DNA from: Thermodesulfobacteriota bacterium
Lineage (GTDB): Bacteria; Desulfobacterota_D; UBA1144; Nemesobacterales; UBA2774
Direction: 5' to 3'
NCBI GenBank assembly: GCA_965216785.1
Contig: OZ244197.1
Location: forward strand, 2,368,001-2,432,000
DNA length: 64,000 nt
The translations under genes were made by a program, and so were the position numbers. Shown here one piece after another: positions 62,307 through 64,000 of this stretch (within the stretch, counting starts at the first letter, position 1; each line of letters starts with the position of its first letter). The notes under the pieces are model-generated. The model saw only the letters and a program-made list of their open reading frames with translations. It made no database searches and was not told the DNA's origin.

Positions 62307-62549
62307 ATATTTTAGTTTTAGAGCAGGGATTATTTTGAAAATCCGGCACTTAGATTTTTTCTGGTAAATACGCCCACCTTAAAAAATTTATTATACTTAT
62401 TGAAATATTCCTTACTTTAGGTAAGGTGTTTAGGTTTCTCATACCGTTCGCGGCGGGGTGAAACACAAATCCAAAATAACTGTTAGTAGAAAATTTTAGC
62501 GAATATATAACTATTTGCGCCCAATCAATCTGCATAAGGAGGAAGTATA

Positions 62550-63848
62550 GTGGCTAAGAAGAATTCTTTAACCGTAAAGGACAACAGAACAGGGAAAGAG
62601 TATGAATTGCCTATAGAGAATGACACTATTAAGGCAATGGACCTGCGTCAGATCAAAGTGAAGAAAGACGACTTCGGTATGATGAGTTACGACCCCGCAT
62701 ACAGCAACACTGCAGCATGCACAAGCAGGGTAACCTTCATCGACGGTGATAAGGGTGAGCTAATGTACAGAGGCTACCCAATTGACGTACTCGCGAAGAA
62801 AAGTAACTATTTGGAAGTCGCGTATTTACTTCTGAACGGTGAGCTCCCTAACAAGACGGAATTTGCTCGCTGGGAAGATAATATCACCAATCACACGATC
62901 ATTCATGAGAATATTAAGAAGTTTATGGACGGCTTCCGCTATGACGCGCACCCAATGGGTATGCTTCTCGGAACGGTAGGCGCTCTATCGACTTTTTATC
63001 CTGAAGCCAAAGACATTTTCAACAAAGAGGTAAGGGATATTCAGGTACACAGGCTTATTGCAAAAATGCCGACTATGGCGGCTTTCGCTTTCCGTCACGC
63101 AATGGGCCAGCCTTACGTTTATCCGGACAACGATCTTAGCTACGCGGGCAACTTCCTGAATATGCTCTTTAAAATGACAGAGCTTAAATACGATCCGGAC
63201 CCCGCGATCGAAAAAGCAATTGACGTATTATTCATTCTCCATGCAGACCACGAGCAGAACTGCAGCGCAAGCGCCATGCGTAACGTCGGAAGCTCTAACC
63301 CGGACCCATACTCGGCAACCGCTGCCGCTATAGCCGCCCTATACGGCCCGCTTCACGGCGGAGCAAACGAGGGTGTGCTTCAGATGCTGAACGAGATCGG
63401 CTCTGTGGATAAAATCCCCGAGTACATCAAACGCGCTAAAGCAGGTGAGTTCAGGCTTATGGGATTTGGCCATAGGGTTTATAAATCCTATGATCCTAGG
63501 GCAACGATAATTAAAGACATAGCACACGACGTATTTGAAGTAACGGGCAAGAACCCTCACCTCGATATCGCTCTTGAGCTAGAGAGGATCGCGCTTGAAG
63601 ATGACTACTTCGTAAAGAGAAAACTGTATCCGAACGTTGACTTCTACTCAGGACTTATTTACCAGAGTATGGGAATACCTGTAGAGATGTTCACGGTGAT
63701 GTTCGCCATCGCTCGTACTTCCGGCTGGCTAGCACAGTGGAAAGAGCTCCTAAATGACCCGGAGAACAGGATCGCCCGCCCGAGACAGGTTTATCTGGGC
63801 GAGAAGAACCTTAAGTACGTTCCGATGTCAAAAAGAAAAAAGAAGTAG
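62550..63848 (+). CDS. gltA: Citrate synthase
   Basis: HADHEQNCS, GPLHGGAN, MGFGHRVYK, YPNVDFYSG. Confidence 0.97.
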   Translation: MAKKNSLTVKDNRTGKEYELPIENDTIKAMDLRQIKVKKDDFGMMSYDPAYSNTAACTSRVTFIDGDKGELMYRGYPIDVLAKKSNYLEVAYLLLNGELPNKTEFARWEDNITNHTIIHENIKKFMDGFRYDAHPMGMLLGTVGALSTFYPEAKDIFNKEVRDIQVHRLIAKMPTMAAFAFRHAMGQPYVYPDNDLSYAGNFLNMLFKMTELKYDPDPAIEKAIDVLFILHADHEQNCSASAMRNVGSSNPDPYSATAAAIAALYGPLHGGANEGVLQMLNEIGSVDKIPEYIKRAKAGEFRLMGFGHRVYKSYDPRATIIKDIAHDVFEVTGKNPHLDIALELERIALEDDYFVKRKLYPNVDFYSGLIYQSMGIPVEMFTVMFAIARTSGWLAQWKELLNDPENRIARPRQVYLGEKNLKYVPMSKRKKK

Positions 63849-63882
63849 AAAGCAGGAAAGCAGTTACAAAATGAAATTAATC

Positions 63883-63914
63883 AAAGGAGATCCAATAGGG
63901 TCTCCTTTTTTTTT
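63883..63914 (+). terminator. Rho-independent terminator of gltA
   Basis: aaaggagatcc-aata-gggtctcc followed by a long T tract. Confidence 0.85.
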
Positions 63915-63989
63915 GTCACTGCGTGGCTCGGAATGAGCCGTGGCAATCTCTTTTTGTCATTCCGGGCTTCGACCCGGAATCTCGTCTTT
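63915..63989. repeat. Two GTCA-family palindromic repeats
   Basis: gtcactgcg..gcaatctc and gtcattccgggcttcgacccggaatctcgtcttt. Confidence 0.75.
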
Positions 63990-64000
63990 AATGTTCTTAG

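Overview
Gene-dense bacterial chromosomal window from a diderm with a deltaproteobacteria-like gene repertoire; a lineage such as Ca. Dadabacteria is a guess, not a result. Most of it is housekeeping or stress-related: three USPs plus Hsp20, glgA, eda, mqnC, ptsH-ptsI and ptsP, proS, pyrF, clpB, an alternative sigma-70, dtd, smpB-ssrA (tmRNA), rph-rdgB-pyrG, an RNase II-family gene, an FprA-like reductase and gltA. No CRISPR array, rRNA, tRNA, integrase or transposase was seen. The best leads are: (1) a coupled CHAD-ParA-CYTH operon, a candidate polyphosphate-granule positioning system; (2) an AT-rich pair of Cap12/Pycsar-type TIR genes with no cyclase; (3) an AT-rich two-gene islet bracketed by a 56-bp inverted repeat that derives from the 3' end of a truncated AAA_25/RepA helicase; (4) a candidate ~78-nt sRNA with its own promoter and terminator; (5) a hairpin repeat family found in this window only beside hsp20 and clpB; (6) a circularly permuted, Tat-exported D-amino-acid-oxidase-like lipoprotein. 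All calls come from motif reading by eye; no database searches were run.
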